Origin: Escherichia coli
Lineage (GTDB): Bacteria > Pseudomonadota > Gammaproteobacteria > Enterobacterales > Enterobacteriaceae
DNA: 64,000 nt
NCBI RefSeq assembly: GCF_022846255.1
Contig: NZ_AP025682.1
Direction: 5' to 3' (one strand)
The notes beneath the pieces are model-generated. The model was not told where the DNA came from. It saw nothing but the letters and a program-made list of their open reading frames with translations, and did not search any database. The translations under genes and the position numbers were made by a program. Positions 1-12,103 of this stretch are shown one piece after another. Each line of letters opens with the position of its first letter. The stretch's first letter is position 1.

Positions 1-698
1 ATAGCTTGCGGTGATTCTGGATGCACCAGTATGGCAGCATCCGGGTATTCTTCTTGCAAGCGGGTTAACGCCTGAGTCTTAAACTCATCATGCACAATGC
101 AGGCACCCTGCCAGCATAAAATGTCTGCGCCCGTCAGTTTTTGCACGTAACGCCCCAGATGTTTGTCAGGTGCCCAGATGATTTTTTCACCCAAACTATC
201 CAGATGATCAATAAGTTCGACGGCAATGCTTGAAGTTACCACCCAATCTGCGCGCGCTTTTACCGCAGCAGAAGTGTTGGCGTAGACGACGACAGTACGA
301 TCGGGATGGGCATCGCAAAATGCGTTAAATTCTTCAACAGGGCAGCCGAGATCCAGTGAACATTCAGCCTGAAGTGTCGGCATCAGAATTGTTTTTTCCG
401 GACTGAGAATTTTGGCGGTTTCTCCCATAAATCTCACCCCAGCAACTAACAACGTAGAAGCGGGATGCTTTGCACCGAAGCGCGCCATTTCCAGAGAATC
501 AGAAATACAGCCACCGGTTTCTTCTGCCAGTTGTTGAATTTCGGGATCGGTATAGTAGTGGGCAACCATCACCGCATTACGTTCTTTTAGTAGACGTTTT
601 ATCTTCTCGCGGTAATACGCTTTTTCATCAATGCTTAACGGCGTCGGCTTCGGGGGGAAAGGATAAATCGCCGTGTCTGGATCAAACATCACGCTCAT
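1..698 (-). CDS. nadA: Quinolinate synthase NadA, N-terminal part (gene continues beyond window start)
   Basis: Not in ORF track (runs off edge). Hand translation of minus strand from ATG at complement 696-698 gives [13 protein letters not shown]...; reverse complement of 1-60 gives [20 protein letters not shown], matching remembered NadA. Confidence 0.85.
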   Translation of the reverse strand, partial: MSVMFDPDTAIYPFPPKPTPLSIDEKAYYREKIKRLLKERNAVMVAHYYTDPEIQQLAEETGGCISDSLEMARFGAKHPASTLLVAGVRFMGETAKILSPEKTILMPTLQAECSLDLGCPVEEFNAFCDAHPDRTVVVYANTSAAVKARADWVVTSSIAVELIDHLDSLGEKIIWAPDKHLGRYVQKLTGADILCWQGACIVHDEFKTQALTRLQEEYPDAAILVHPESPQA

Positions 699-944
699 CT
701 TACCATCTCGTTTTACAGGCTTAACGTTAAAACCGACTTAAGCGTGATATTCGCTATTATCGGCGTAATTTGTTTTATATGCTAAACAAGATAGTCGAAT
801 GGTGGGGAAAAGTCACTCGAATTACGTATGAGATGCCGAATGCCACACTTTGCGTCTTATTCCTCCGACGTAGAGTTGTTTACGCAGCAAGCGCGGAGTA
901 TGTCATCAGGGTCAAGAATTGAAATTGAGAGATGCCTGAATAGC

Positions 945-971
945 AAAAAAGCGCCTTTAGGGCGCTTTTTT
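945..971 (-). terminator. Rho-independent terminator downstream of lysQ (GC hairpin flanked by A-run/T-run, bidirectional in form)
   Basis: aaaaaagcgcctttagggcgcttttttg palindrome directly after the last tRNA on the minus strand. Confidence 0.6.
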
Positions 972-975
972 GCAT

Positions 976-1051
976 TGGTGGGTCGTGCAGGATTCGAACC
1001 TGCGACCAATTGATTAAAAGTCAACTGCTCTACCAACTGAGCTAACGACCC
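976..1051 (-). tRNA. lysQ: tRNA-Lys (UUU anticodon)
   Basis: 76-nt reverse complement of GGGTCGTTAGCTCAGTTGGTAGAGCAGTTGACTTTTAATCAATTGGTCGCAGGTTCGAATCCTGCACGACCCACCA; gene name from position in the 7-tRNA operon. Confidence 0.9.
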
Positions 1052-1084
1052 CTTGCGGGATTATGCTGCTTTAATCATTCAGGA

Positions 1085-1160
1085 TGGTGGGTCGTGCAGG
1101 ATTCGAACCTGCGACCAATTGATTAAAAGTCAACTGCTCTACCAACTGAGCTAACGACCC
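1085..1160 (-). tRNA. lysZ: tRNA-Lys (UUU)
   Basis: Identical 76-nt tRNA-Lys copy. Confidence 0.9.
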
Positions 1161-1208
1161 ATACGGGTGTTACCTGAAAGATTTCTACTCGGAACCAATG
1201 TTTAAAAT

Positions 1209-1284
1209 TGGTGGGTCGTGCAGGATTCGAACCTGCGACCAATTGATTAAAAGTCAACTGCTCTACCAACTGAGCTAACGACCC
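1209..1284 (-). tRNA. lysY: tRNA-Lys (UUU)
   Basis: Identical 76-nt tRNA-Lys copy. Confidence 0.9.
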
Positions 1285-1287
1285 GAG

Positions 1288-1363
1288 TGGTGGGTGATGA
1301 CGGGATCGAACCGCCGACCCCCTCCTTGTAAGGGAGGTGCTCTCCCAGCTGAGCTAATCACCC
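1288..1363 (-). tRNA. valZ: tRNA-Val (UAC)
   Basis: Reverse complement of GGGTGATTAGCTCAGCTGGGAGAGCACCTCCCTTACAAGGAGGGGGTCGGCGGTTCGATCCCGTCATCACCCACCA. Confidence 0.9.
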
Positions 1364-1414
1364 GATACTGCGCTGGATACTACAAACTACTTCCACCGAA
1401 CCCACCGTAATCAG

Positions 1415-1490
1415 TGGTGGGTCGTGCAGGATTCGAACCTGCGACCAATTGATTAAAAGTCAACTGCTCTACCAACTGAGCTAACGACCC
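1415..1490 (-). tRNA. lysW: tRNA-Lys (UUU)
   Basis: Identical 76-nt tRNA-Lys copy. Confidence 0.9.
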
Positions 1491-1492
1491 GG

Positions 1493-1568
1493 TGGTGGGT
1501 GATGACGGGATCGAACCGCCGACCCCCTCCTTGTAAGGGAGGTGCTCTCCCAGCTGAGCTAATCACCC
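1493..1568 (-). tRNA. valT: tRNA-Val (UAC)
   Basis: Second tRNA-Val copy, 2 nt after lysW. Confidence 0.9.
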
Positions 1569-1603
1569 GATACTACGCTGGATACTACAACTAACTATGT
1601 TAG

Positions 1604-1679
1604 TGGTGGGTCGTGCAGGATTCGAACCTGCGACCAATTGATTAAAAGTCAACTGCTCTACCAACTGAGCTAACGACCC
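1604..1679 (-). tRNA. lysT: tRNA-Lys (UUU)
   Basis: First tRNA of the operon on the minus strand; identical tRNA-Lys sequence. Confidence 0.9.
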
Positions 1680-1802
1680 ACTTTTTCGTTGCTTTCGGTT
1701 TTTTTGATATCCCGTGGCAACGGCGGCATATATTACTGATTTCAGACTTGAGCGCAACAAAAATTTCGATGTAGATCACTCAACTGCTTATGATTCGCAC
1801 GA

Positions 1803-1836
1803 CACGACCAGAAATAATGCGACTTCTGGTCGTGTG
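1803..1836 (-). other. 12-bp perfect-stem hairpin immediately 3' of cpoB, without a U-tract
   Basis: acacgaccagaa / ttctggtcgtgt with 10-nt loop, seen directly. Confidence 0.4.
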
Positions 1837-1843
1837 TTATGCA

Positions 1844-2635
1844 TTACATCGCGTTCAGACGTTTTTGCGCCTGTTTAGCGCCATCAGTACCAGGGTATTT
1901 ACTGATAACCTGCTGGTATACGGCTTTCGCTTTTGCGGTGTCACCTTTGTCCTGCATGATGACGCCGACTTTAAACATCGCATCTGCAGCCTTCGGTGAC
2001 TTCGGATAGTTTTTCACTACCGAAGCAAAATAATACGCCGCATCATCTTTTTTACCCTTGTTGTAGTTTAACTGACCCAGCCAATAATTGGCGTTTGGCA
2101 GGTAAGTTGAATCAGGGTAATTTTTGATGAAATTCTGAAATGCCACCATTGCGTCATCCTGGCGGGATTTATCCTGCACCAGCGCAATAGCTGCATTGTA
2201 ATCCGTGTTTGCATCACCGCTTTTCACCGGCGCGCCAGCATTCGCAGTACCAGCATCAGCTGTCGGCGTCGTTGATGCCGCCACACCGCTTTGATCGCCG
2301 CTGGTTGATTGCGCCGCTGCACCACCGCTGCTGAGGCTGTCGATCTGCAACAGGATCTGCTTTTGCCGCTCCACGACCTGATTCAGTTGATACTGATTTT
2401 CCTGAATCTGACCACGCAGGGAATCAATATCGGATTGATTATCAGAGAGTTGTTGCTGGAGTTGGGTTAAAAGCTGGCTGTGAGCATTAGAAATACGCTC
2501 AAGTTGAGTGACGCGGTCTTCGACCGAGCCTGAGCCGACACTACTGATTGGTGCCTGAGCAAAAGCGGCCCAGGGGGCCGCTATACCAACCAGTAACGAC
2601 AGACTCAATAGTTGATGTCTGAAGTTACTGCTCAT
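1844..2635 (-). CDS. cpoB: Cell division coordinator CpoB (YbgF), TPR periplasmic protein
   Basis: 263-aa ORF; translation matches remembered CpoB, last gene of tol-pal cluster. Confidence 0.95.
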   Translation of the reverse strand: MSSNFRHQLLSLSLLVGIAAPWAAFAQAPISSVGSGSVEDRVTQLERISNAHSQLLTQLQQQLSDNQSDIDSLRGQIQENQYQLNQVVERQKQILLQIDSLSSGGAAAQSTSGDQSGVAASTTPTADAGTANAGAPVKSGDANTDYNAAIALVQDKSRQDDAMVAFQNFIKNYPDSTYLPNANYWLGQLNYNKGKKDDAAYYFASVVKNYPKSPKAADAMFKVGVIMQDKGDTAKAKAVYQQVISKYPGTDGAKQAQKRLNAM

Positions 2636-2644
2636 GCAATTCTC

Positions 2645-3190
<546 letters not shown>

Positions 3191-3200
3191 TTAATTATTA

Positions 3201-4493
3201 TCACAGATACGGCGACCAGGCAGGGAATTTGACCTGTCCATCAGTTGCCGGAAGACGCGCTTTGAAACGCCCATCTGTAGAAACCAAATTCAGCACGGAT
3301 CCCATCCCCTGAGAAGAGCTGTAGATTACCATAGTGCCGTTAGGTGCCAGACTTGGCGTTTCATCCAGGAACGTGGACGACAGAACTTGTACGCCTCCCG
3401 TTGCCAGATCTTGTTTGGCAATGTGCTGCTGCCCACCGTTGGAGCTGACCATTACCATAAATTTACCGTCGCTGCTGACATCCGCATCCTGGTTCTGCGA
3501 ACCTTCCCAGGTAATACGTTGTGGCGCACCGCCGTTGATATTCACTTTATAAACCTGCGGACGACCGGCCTGGTCAGAAGTAAATGCCAGGTTCTGGCTG
3601 TCCGGGAACCAAGTCGGTTCGGTATTGTTACTGCGACCATCAGTTACCTGGCGGATCTGACCAGAAGCCAAATCCATTACGTACAGGTTCAGGCTACCGG
3701 TTTTCGACAAGGCGAATGCCAGTTTGCTGCCGTCTGGCGAGAATGCAGGTGCACCGTTGTGACGCGGGAATGAAGCCACCTGACGTACAGCGCCATTTGC
3801 CAGCGTCTGAATAACCAGCGCGGAACGACCGCTTTCGAAGGTCACATAAGCCAGTTTAGAACCGTCTGGTGACCACGCCGGAGACATCAGCGGTTGCGGT
3901 GAACGGTGAACGACAAACTGGTTGTAACCGTCATAGTCAGATACGCGCAGTTCATACGGGAACTGACCGCCGTTAGTCTGAACAACGTAGGCAATACGGG
4001 TACGGAACGCACCTTTAATACCGGTCAGTTTTTCAAATACTTCGTCACTGGCGGTATGACCTGCATAACGCAGCCACTGCTTGTTCACTTTGTACGAGTT
4101 CTGAGCAAGTACAGTACCCGGTGCGCCGCCAGTGTCAACAAGTTGATAAGCGACATTGTAAGAACCATCCGGATTCGGAGTGACCTGACCGACAACCACA
4201 GCGTCAATGCCCAGCGCGGACCATGCAGCTGGTTGTACTTCCTGCGCACTACCCGGCTGCTGTGGCAGACGAGCACGATCTAACGGATTAAATTTACCGC
4301 TGTTACGCAAGTCAGCAGCAACGATGCCGCCAATATCTTCAGGTGCCGCACCAGGCCCCGCCCACTGGAAAGGAACAACACCAATAGGACGACCGGAATC
4401 TACACCGCTGTCGATCACAATGCGGACTTCAGCATGCAGAACTGATGCCCACAGTATGAGAAAACCAAATGCTACTCGTAATGCCTGCTTCAT
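3201..4493 (-). CDS. tolB: Tol-Pal system periplasmic beta-propeller protein TolB
   Basis: Translation [30 protein letters not shown]...; start taken at second Met of the track ORF. Confidence 0.95.
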   Translation of the reverse strand: MKQALRVAFGFLILWASVLHAEVRIVIDSGVDSGRPIGVVPFQWAGPGAAPEDIGGIVAADLRNSGKFNPLDRARLPQQPGSAQEVQPAAWSALGIDAVVVGQVTPNPDGSYNVAYQLVDTGGAPGTVLAQNSYKVNKQWLRYAGHTASDEVFEKLTGIKGAFRTRIAYVVQTNGGQFPYELRVSDYDGYNQFVVHRSPQPLMSPAWSPDGSKLAYVTFESGRSALVIQTLANGAVRQVASFPRHNGAPAFSPDGSKLAFALSKTGSLNLYVMDLASGQIRQVTDGRSNNTEPTWFPDSQNLAFTSDQAGRPQVYKVNINGGAPQRITWEGSQNQDADVSSDGKFMVMVSSNGGQQHIAKQDLATGGVQVLSSTFLDETPSLAPNGTMVIYSSSQGMGSVLNLVSTDGRFKARLPATDGQVKFPAWSPYL

Positions 4494-4625
4494 CATATCT
4501 CCCTTATCTGGACCGATGGCCCACGATAATTTAGCAGAATGTTAACAAACTAAAATACACAAAACTACCAGAACCCCGTGGCAACCGGTGCCTGATGTTG
4601 ACCGTCGGAACAGTCAACATCGCGA

Positions 4626-5891
4626 TTACGGTTTGAAGTCCAATGGCGCGTTTTTGAACACTTCATATACTGCCTGGCTTGGTGGTTTCGGGATCTTCGC
4701 AAGTTTAGCTGCTGCCAACGCAGCCTGACAAAGTGCGGGATCGCCACCTTCAGGTTTGATATCCAGTAACATACCATCGGGTGCCAGTTTTATGCGCAGC
4801 GTACAGGTTTTGCCTGCATAGGACGATGCGTCATAGAACTTACTTTCGATAGCAGATTTAATCTGCCCGGCATAGTTATTGATATCGGCCCCTGATGCGC
4901 CATTGTTTTTAGTATTACCACTCCCGGCTGGCGAAGCATTGTTCCCTTTCGCCCCTCCCCCCGTTTTCGGTGCATTCTTACCAGAGCTTAGCTCACCGAA
5001 AATATCATCTGCCTCTGCGGCAGCTTTTGCTGCAGCGGCTTTTTCAGCTGCTGCTTTTGCCGCTGCCGCTTTTTTGTCTGCGGCGGCTTTTTCTGCCGCT
5101 GCTTTCTTATCAGCTGCTGCCTTTTCAGCAGCCGCTTTTTCTGCTGCTTTTTTGTCGGCTGCCGCTTTCTCTGCTGCCGCTTTCTTATCAGCTGCAGCCT
5201 TTTCAGCAGCCGCTTTCTTCTCAGCTTCTGCTTTGGCTTTTTCAGCAGCTTCAGTTGCCGCTTTCTTTCTTGCTTCAGCTGCAGCTGCTTCTGCCGCTTC
5301 CGCTTTCTTCTTCAGTGCCGCCGCGGCTGCCTCGGCTTTTTTCTGCGCTTCGGCTGCGGCTTTGGCGGCTTCTGCTTCTGCTTTTTTCTTCGCGTCTGCA
5401 GCCGCTTTCTTCGCTGCTTCTTCCGCAGCTTTTGCATCCGCTTCAGCCTTCGCTTTAGCATCTGCCGCCGCTTTCGCTGCCGCTTCTTCCGCTTGCTTCT
5501 GCTTTAACTCGGCCTGTTTTGCGGCTTCTTCAGCCTGCTTTTTCTGTTCCTGAGCCGCTAACCGCTCTTTCTCAAGTTGCTTCAGGCGTTCCTGTTCAGC
5601 CGCTTGTTTCTCACGCAGTTCTTCAGCAGCCTGCTGTTCCTTCATCTTGCGCTGCTCATCAGAACGCTTCGCGCTTGATTCCTGGCTTTGCATGCGTTTG
5701 TACTGCTCAACTACCGCACCTGAATCAACCATGACAGCGTCGATGGACGAACCACCGCCGCCTCCGGCTGAAGCTTCTATATTCTCATCGAACGAACTCC
5801 AGATCAGCGCCGCAAATAAGATGACATGCAGCACTGCTGAAATAATTATCGCCCGTTTGAGCTTGTCGTTTTGTTCGGTTGCCTTTGACAC
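4626..5891 (-). CDS. tolA: Tol-Pal system protein TolA
   Basis: 421-aa ORF with N-terminal TM segment, long Ala/Lys/Glu-rich helical domain II and C-terminal domain III. Confidence 0.95.
   Translation of the reverse strand: MSKATEQNDKLKRAIIISAVLHVILFAALIWSSFDENIEASAGGGGGSSIDAVMVDSGAVVEQYKRMQSQESSAKRSDEQRKMKEQQAAEELREKQAAEQERLKQLEKERLAAQEQKKQAEEAAKQAELKQKQAEEAAAKAAADAKAKAEADAKAAEEAAKKAAADAKKKAEAEAAKAAAEAQKKAEAAAAALKKKAEAAEAAAAEARKKAATEAAEKAKAEAEKKAAAEKAAADKKAAAEKAAADKKAAEKAAAEKAAADKKAAAEKAAADKKAAAAKAAAEKAAAAKAAAEADDIFGELSSGKNAPKTGGGAKGNNASPAGSGNTKNNGASGADINNYAGQIKSAIESKFYDASSYAGKTCTLRIKLAPDGMLLDIKPEGGDPALCQAALAAAKLAKIPKPPSQAVYEVFKNAPLDFKP
4990..5600 (-). repeat. Imperfect tandem nucleotide repeats encoding the Ala/Lys-rich TolA domain II
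   Basis: Recurring gctgc(c/a)gc.. ttt(c/t)t.. units on the plus strand; protein repeats of KAAAEKAAADKKAAA type. Confidence 0.8.
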
Positions 5892-5955
5892 TCTCGGTTT
5901 CCAAAAACTGTTCGCCTGTTACCCGCTCTCTTTCAAGCAAGGGAAACGCAGATGT

Positions 5956-6384
5956 TTAGATAGGCTGCGTCATTAAACCAACCGATTTCACACCCGCACT
6001 ATGTAACAAGTTCAGTGCTTTAATTATTTCATCGTAAGGCACATCTTTTGCGCCACCGATCAGAAAGACCGTTTTCGGGTTGGCCTTGAAACGGCTGGAC
6101 ACTTCCGCCACCACCTGCTCTGGTGGTAAACGCTCCAGACGATCTTTCTCAACCACCACGGTGTACTGACCAATACCAGACACTTCAACAATCACTGGCG
6201 GATTATCGTTACTGCTCACCGCCTGTGATTCAGTAGCGTCTGGCAGATCGACCTCCACGCTCTGGGTGATGATGGGCGCTGTCGCCATAAAGATCAGCAA
6301 CAGCACCAGCAGTACGTCCAGCAACGGTACAATGTTGATTTCGGACTTGAGATCGCGACGACCTCGTCCACGCGCTCTGGCCAT
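5956..6384 (-). CDS. tolR: Tol-Pal system protein TolR
   Basis: 142-aa ORF, ExbD/TolR-like, in operon position. Confidence 0.95.
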   Translation of the reverse strand: MARARGRGRRDLKSEINIVPLLDVLLVLLLIFMATAPIITQSVEVDLPDATESQAVSSNDNPPVIVEVSGIGQYTVVVEKDRLERLPPEQVVAEVSSRFKANPKTVFLIGGAKDVPYDEIIKALNLLHSAGVKSVGLMTQPI

Positions 6385-6387
6385 GGC

Positions 6388-7481
<1,094 letters not shown>

Positions 7482-7580
7482 TTTACATCCCGGTAATGCA
7501 ACAAAAGTTAGAGCTTTTAAACGCTGCTACTATACGCGCGCGATTGAGGTTTGGGAATGAGGGCAAGTTAAGGGAGCGTA

Positions 7581-7616
7581 AAAATTTATGGGCCTGACTC
7601 GGCCCATAAATTTTTA
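7581..7616 (-). terminator. Rho-independent terminator after ybgE (end of cydAB-cydX-ybgE unit)
   Basis: tttatgggcc-tgactc-ggcccataaa hairpin flanked by A/T runs. Confidence 0.6.
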
Positions 7617-7630
7617 AAGAGAATTCTGAT

Positions 7631-7924
7631 TTAAAAGAAGAAGAAAATCAGCCCGACAATGAGAACAATATCGGCAAGCAATGGGCAAAAAATCCCTTGC
7701 CAGAGAACCTTCTGCGGACGAAAGCCCACGCCGTGAATCACACCAGCACAGACGGCCCACATAAGCAGTAAACCATGCCAGATTTCCAGTTCACTGGTCT
7801 TCGCGGCGAAACGTGATGGGTCCCAAAACATACATCCTGCTAACAGAAGTGCCATCACGAAGGAAAGCGCCCGCAGGGGGCGCTTGTCCATTACCGCATA
7901 CAAGGTTGCGATAATCTTACTCAT
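7631..7924 (-). CDS. ybgE: Small membrane protein YbgE (cyd operon)
   Basis: 97-aa hydrophobic ORF; its ATG overlaps the cydX stop. Confidence 0.85.
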   Translation of the reverse strand: MSKIIATLYAVMDKRPLRALSFVMALLLAGCMFWDPSRFAAKTSELEIWHGLLLMWAVCAGVIHGVGFRPQKVLWQGIFCPLLADIVLIVGLIFFFF

Positions 7925-8037
7925 CAGATGTCTTCTTGACCGGCTTTGCCTGATTCGACGTGCTCAAGCGCCAGCGCGGTGATTACCCCAAACGAACAGG
8001 CAAGAAGCGTTCCCAGAATCCATGCGAAATACCACAT
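7924..8037 (-). CDS. cydX: Cytochrome bd-I small subunit CydX (YbgT), 37 aa
   Basis: Hand translation of minus strand: MWYFAWILGTLLACSFGVITALALEHVESGKAGQEDI; below ORF-track length cutoff. Confidence 0.85.
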   Translation of the reverse strand: MWYFAWILGTLLACSFGVITALALEHVESGKAGQEDI

Positions 8038-8051
8038 TTTTAGCTCCTTAC

Positions 8052-9191
8052 TTAGTACAGAGAGTGGGTGTTACGTTCAATATCTTCTTTGGTGATACGA
8101 CCGAACATTTTCCAGTAACACCAGGCGGTGTAGAGCAGAATGATCGGTACCAGAACCACCGCAACCCAGGTCATGACGTTAAGCGTCAGCTGGCTGGAAG
8201 TTGCATCCCACATTGTCAGACTTGCGTTCATCATGGTGCTGGACGGCATCACAAACGGGAACATTGCGATACCGGCAGTCAGGATGATGCAGGCCAGCGT
8301 CAGGGAGGAGAACACAAACGCCCACGCGGCTTTATCCATACGTGCAGTCAGGATGGTCAGCAGCGGCAGAACCACACCCAGTGCCGGAATAGCCCACAGA
8401 ATTGGCGTGTTGTTGAAGTTAACCAGCCATGCGCCAGCTTCACGAACCACTTCTTTATTCAGCGGGTTAGAGGCTGCGTAATGGTCCATTGTCGATTTCA
8501 CGACATAACCATCGATACCGTACATCACCCATACGCCAGCCAGTGCGAAGCAGACCAGCGTCACCAGTGCCGCCACCTGAGCCGTTGCACGGGTACGCAG
8601 GTGCAGTTCGCCCACGGTACGCATTTGCAGATAGGTTGCGCCCTGAGTAATGATCATCCCTACGCTCACCACACCTGCCAGCAGGCCGAACGGGTTAAGC
8701 AGCTGGAAGAAGTTACCGGTGTAGTACAGACGCAGATATTCATCAACGTTGAATGGTACGCCCTGCAACAGGTTACCGAACGCTACACCAATCACCAGCG
8801 GCGGAACGAAGCTACCAATGAAGATGCCCCAGTCCCACATGTTACGCCAGCGGGTTTCTTCAATCTTGGAGCGGTAATCAAAACCGACCGGACGGAAGAA
8901 CAAAGACGCCAGCACGAGGATCATCGCCACATAGAAGCCGGAGAACGCAGCGGCATAGACCATCGGCCAGGCAGCAAACAGTGCGCCGCCTGCGGTGATC
9001 AGCCAAACCTGGTTACCGTCCCAGTGTGGTGCGATGGAGTTAATCATAATTCGACGCTCGGTGTCGTTACGACCGAGGAAACGGGTGAGCATGCCCACCC
9101 CCATGTCGAAACCGTCAGTGACTGCAAAACCAATCAGCAGAACGCCAACCAGCAGCCACCAGATAAAACGCAATACTTCATAATCGATCAT
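8052..9191 (-). CDS. cydB: Cytochrome bd-I ubiquinol oxidase subunit II
   Basis: 379-aa polytopic membrane ORF. Confidence 0.95.
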   Translation of the reverse strand: MIDYEVLRFIWWLLVGVLLIGFAVTDGFDMGVGMLTRFLGRNDTERRIMINSIAPHWDGNQVWLITAGGALFAAWPMVYAAAFSGFYVAMILVLASLFFRPVGFDYRSKIEETRWRNMWDWGIFIGSFVPPLVIGVAFGNLLQGVPFNVDEYLRLYYTGNFFQLLNPFGLLAGVVSVGMIITQGATYLQMRTVGELHLRTRATAQVAALVTLVCFALAGVWVMYGIDGYVVKSTMDHYAASNPLNKEVVREAGAWLVNFNNTPILWAIPALGVVLPLLTILTARMDKAAWAFVFSSLTLACIILTAGIAMFPFVMPSSTMMNASLTMWDATSSQLTLNVMTWVAVVLVPIILLYTAWCYWKMFGRITKEDIERNTHSLY

Positions 9192-9206
9192 TTGACGACT
9201 CCTGTC

Positions 9207-10775
9207 TTAGCGTGCCGGCTGAGTAGTCGTGGAAGACTGCTCAAAGTGATAGCGACCGGTTTTCAGGCTGCTTGGGCCGAGGCGTGCAAACTTGAACATT
9301 AAGAACAATTCTGCCACCAGGAACAGGGTATACAGGCCGCAAATCAGCACCATTGAGAAGATGAGATCGCCTGCGGTCAGTGACGAGTTCGCCACAGCTG
9401 TCGGCAGCACTTCACCGATAGCCCACGGTTGGCGGCCATATTCAGCCACGAACCAGCCCGCTTCTACAGCAATCCACGGCAGCGGAATACCGTACAGCGC
9501 GGCGCGCAGCAGCCATTTTTTCTCGCCAATGCGGTTGCGGATGACACTCCAGAAAGAGAGCGCAATGATTGCCAGCAGCAGGAAGCCACACGCCACCATG
9601 ATACGGAACGCGAAGTACAGCGGCGCTACACGCGGAATGGAGTCTTTGGTTGCCTGTTGAATCTGAGCTTCAGTCGCATCAGCCACGTTTGGCGTATAGC
9701 GTTTCAGCAGCAGACCGTAACCGAGATCTTTCTTCATGCTATTGAACTGGTCACGAACGGCCTGGTCGGTAGAACCAGAACGCAGTTGTTCGAGCAGAGA
9801 GTACGCCTTCATCCCGTTACGAATGCGTTCTTCATGCTGCACCATCAGTTCTTTCAGGCCGATAACTGGAGTATCCACGGAACGCGTTGCAATGATGCCC
9901 AGCGCGTAAGGGATCTGGATCGCAAATTTGTTCGTCTCCTCTTCCTGATCAGGAATGCCGAACAGAGTAAAGGCAGCAGGTGCAGGTTGCGTTTCCCACT
10001 CGGCTTCGATAGCAGCCAGTTTGGTTTTCTGCACGTCGCCCATTTCGTAACCGGATTCATCACCCAGAACAATAACAGACAGAACGGCAGCCATACCGAA
10101 GCTGGCAGCGATAGCAAAGGAGCGTTTAGCGAAGGCGAAGTCACGACCTTTCAGCATATACCATGCGCTGATACCGAGGATGAACATCGCGCCAGTCACA
10201 TAACCAGAAGCTACGGTGTGAACGAATTTCACCTGAGCAACCGGGTTAAGCACCAGCTCGGAGAAGCTCACCATCTCCATACGCATAGTTTCAAAGTTGA
10301 AATCGGACGCGATTGGGTTTTGCATCCAGCCGTTTGCAACCAGAATCCACAGTGCGGACAGGTTTGAACCGAGCGCCACCAGCCAGGTGACACACATATG
10401 CTGAACTTTACCCAGACGATCCCAACCGAAGAAGAACAGACCTACAAAGGTGGATTCGAGGAAGAAGGCCATCAGACCTTCGATTGCCAGCGGCGCACCG
10501 AAGATATCCCCTACATAGTGGGAATAGTAAGACCAGTTAGTCCCGAACTGGAACTCCATGGTCAGACCGGTAGCCACACCCAGAGCAAAGTTGATACCAA
10601 ACAACTTGCCCCAGAACTTGGTCATATCTTTATAAATCTGTTTGCCGGAAAGGACGTAGACCGTTTCCATAATGGCCAGCAGGAACGCCATACCGAGCGT
10701 CAGTGGCACAAAAAGGAAGTGGTACATCGCGGTCAAGGCAAACTGTAAGCGCGACAGTTCGACTATATCTAACAT
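9207..10775 (-). CDS. cydA: Cytochrome bd-I ubiquinol oxidase subunit I
   Basis: Translation [20 protein letters not shown]...; start taken at second Met of track ORF (522 aa). Confidence 0.95.
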
Positions 10776-11450
10776 CATGACTCCTTGCTCATCGCATGAA
10801 GACTCCGAGAGTGAACCCCGTTAGAAAGGGTCACACGCATGCCCCAATACAAAATTATTTGCTCGCCTCTATCGTTGCCATTTCATCAAAAGAGGAAAAG
10901 ACAATGATAAAAAAGTTACAAATGTGTTAATGAATAAACCAAATTGATCCCGTAATTATATTACGCCGCAAAATCCTTACAATAAACAGGTTTTTATTGA
11001 GCAAATTTGCATTTTTCGACAGTGATCAATTTATAGCGAAATTGTCACGATCTCACCAATTTGATCTACAACAATTTATCGTGTTTTGCAGATTTTTTTC
11101 AAGAATTAAAAATTGATTTATATCAAAATCAACCACATATGTTAATTATGTGTGAATCATGAGCCACTGGTAACTTTATTGTTAATTTATTGTAACAAAA
11201 CAGCACGGTAAATTACCCACATGGAAATATATAGATAAAAAACCAGTATTTTATTTAACAAAGCCGCTTTATCGACTTTTTATAATACTAATTAGTTAGA
11301 GTAGCTACTTTATTGCCATTTTACATAACATATTTTTATCAACGTTAATTGATTGTTGTCTTTATGAGCAACGTACTGTAAATCCGTCACTTATTGTTTC
11401 ATTGGTAATAATCACAAGAAGAAATAGATACCTTAGGTATAGTCAGATGG
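10776..11450. promoter_or_regulatory. AT-rich region upstream of cydA; probably includes the cydAB promoter/regulatory region, extent uncertain
   Basis: Non-coding AT-rich DNA immediately 5' of cydA; cydAB is known to have a long complex upstream control region. Confidence 0.4.
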
Positions 11451-12103
11451 AACAAGGATTTTTAAAATAAAATATATATGGTATTAATATTTCCCGATCT
11501 GTATTCAATGATTCGCTCAAAGATTGAAAATCAAGAGAAATTGTTATAGCAGTGATACGAAACAACAAAACGGAATGATTGCCAGCCGTTAGAAAACACC
11601 GGACACTCTCGTGTAAAAAGCTACCCTGTCTATGGATATAGCGATATCCACTCATCAAGCGTGGACTGAATGATATTCAGCTCCATATGGGCGGAAACCT
11701 GGAGGATAAATACGATTTCGCCGTTGGAATCAAGGTTGTTCTGCAATATCTACCAGACTGCTTCAATTTATCTGTTTTGGCAGTGCAATAATCTTAATTT
11801 AACTATTTGAAGATGATGATATTGTCAGATGCCAGAAATTTAGTAATCTGGAGAACCGTGTCTATGATCACTAAATATTAAAGTAATAGTCGATAATTCA
11901 GTAGCACATCGGGTAATATAACGTATTGATACATAATCATATTAAAAAATTCGTGATTAAATAACATAAGAATATGTTTTATTATCATTAAAAAACCTTC
12001 TATTTCCATCATCCTTAAGATAATAAAACAGCGAATGATGGATAACTTGACCAGAAAAACAAGCAAGCATATAAAATTAAAAAATATGATTCCACTTTCA
12101 TTT

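Noticed and set aside
470-1013. Plus-strand ORFs 470..724 and 828..1013
   Set aside because: The first is antisense to nadA; the second spans the nadA promoter and overlaps tRNA lysQ. No support.
4879-5553. 224- and 162-codon plus-strand ORFs with poly-Ala/Phe/Ser or Leu/Pro/Gln-rich products
   Set aside because: Antisense and alternative-frame readings of the repetitive tolA domain II DNA.
8022-9302. 426-codon plus-strand ORF
   Set aside because: Antisense to cydB and the cydA 3' end; low-complexity His/Gln/Arg-rich product.
11443-11658. 71-codon minus-strand ORF in the AT-rich spacer
   Set aside because: No ribosome-binding site, composition-driven Ile/Leu/Phe-rich product; likely chance ORF.
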